Below, one piece after another: positions 63,630 to 64,000 of a DNA stretch of 64,000 bases. The position numbers were made by a program, and so were the translations under genes. The notes beneath the pieces were generated by a model, which ran no database searches, had not been told where the DNA came from, and was given only the letters and a program-made list of their open reading frames with translations. Source of the DNA: an uncultured Saprospiraceae bacterium (GTDB lineage: Bacteria; Bacteroidota; Bacteroidia; Chitinophagales; Saprospiraceae); assembly GCA_938015925.1 (NCBI GenBank), contig CALLVY010000588.1, positions 9,046 to 73,045 on the forward strand. The letters run 5' to 3'. How positions within the stretch are numbered: the first letter of the stretch is position 1; each line of letters opens with the position of its first letter.

Positions 63630-63681
63630 ATCAGTGTTGTGTGTTTCTGGTATAATCCAGTTGGATTATAGGAAATTTCGA

Positions 63682-63689
63682 CAAATGTA
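63682..63689 (-). promoter_or_regulatory. Candidate -7 promoter box (TAcaTTTG on the minus strand) upstream of wza
   Basis: Plus-strand 'caaatgta' lies 53 nt upstream of the wza ATG, in a 281-nt intergenic region. Motif match only. Confidence 0.3.
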
Positions 63690-63910
63690 CTCAGATTCTT
63701 AAAATCTGAGGTAATTCACCTAGTTAATATATGAAATAAGGTTAACTTTTGGCTTGGGCCAAAAACAGGAAAAGATGTGGATAATTTTGAAAGATATAAA
63801 ATGGAGGAACACAAAATAGAACGAAACCTTTAGATATTCCTCTCCTGGGTCTTAATACTATTTCCACAATATTGAGACTCAGAAGAGGAACACTTTATAA
63901 AATCAAGAAT

Positions 63911-64000
63911 TTATACGTCATAATTTAACACGGGTGCCAGCCACCGCTCTGCATCTTCCAAAGACATTCCTTTACGAACAGCATAATCTTTTACCTGATC
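63911..64000 (-). CDS. metH: C-terminal 29 codons of a cobalamin-dependent methionine synthase (MetH)-like gene; the rest lies outside the window
   Basis: The minus-strand translation 'DQVKDYAVRKGMSLEDAERWLAPVLNYDV*' resembles the E. coli MetH C-terminus as I recall it ('...YARRKGMSV.EVERWLAPNLGYD..'). The fragment is very short. Confidence 0.55.
   Translation of the reverse strand, partial: DQVKDYAVRKGMSLEDAERWLAPVLNYDV

Noticed and set aside
63690-63710. Hairpin 'ctcagatt-ctta-aaatctgag' upstream of wza as a terminator for the MetH-like gene
   Set aside because: It is a short 8-bp A/T-rich stem without a following U-tract on the minus strand, lying 200 nt from the metH stop. This is not convincing enough to annotate.

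Overview
This 64-kb window is almost entirely one surface-glycan (capsule/EPS/O-antigen-type) biosynthesis super-locus from a Bacteroidota-like genome. Supporting signs are a T9SS C-terminal sorting domain on the first protein, a UpxY-type NusG paralogue, TAnnTTTG promoter-like boxes, frequent TTG/GTG starts and no obvious Shine-Dalgarno signals. Left edge: the 3' part of a C25-peptidase-like T9SS protein, followed by a strong terminator. nt 3444-19800 is a strand-switching mosaic of sugar-modifying genes: a WecE-type aminotransferase plus N-formyltransferase-like gene, three methyltransferases, Wzx flippase no.1, two AsnB-family amidotransferases (one lacking the catalytic Cys), GT2/GT4 transferases, a FemAB-like protein and a putative deacetylase. 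A KilA-N gene interrupts this block. nt 19793-63629 holds 38 consecutive minus-strand genes, listed here in transcription order (right to left). They are a Wza-like exporter, a wHTH regulator, WbpA/WlbA/WlbB-type diacetamido-uronic-acid genes, a UpxY antiterminator, CysD/CysN, RfbA and Wzz. Next come a WbpM/PglF-type dehydratase, a UDP-sulfoquinovose synthase (SqdB/SQD1-like) coupled to an SDR epimerase-like gene, and Wzx no.2. A five-gene DegT / ATP-grasp / methyltransferase / fold-II-PLP / PduX-like-kinase cassette follows, then two sulfotransferases flanking a GT2, a beta-helix lipoprotein, a Wzy-like polymerase, a GT4, a carbamoyltransferase and an MBOAT + SGNH-like pair. A GT2, an SDR reductase-like gene, a second WbpM/PglF-type dehydratase, a PglC-like initiating transferase, gmd-fcl-manC and two GT4 genes close the run. 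gmd and fcl are split by a ~1-kb hairpin-repeat array carrying a GxxExxY (PD-(D/E)XK-like) gene. Right edge: the last 29 codons of a MetH-like gene. I saw no rRNA, tRNA, CRISPR, integrase or transposase genes. All functional calls rest on motif recognition and remembered homologues, not on database searches.
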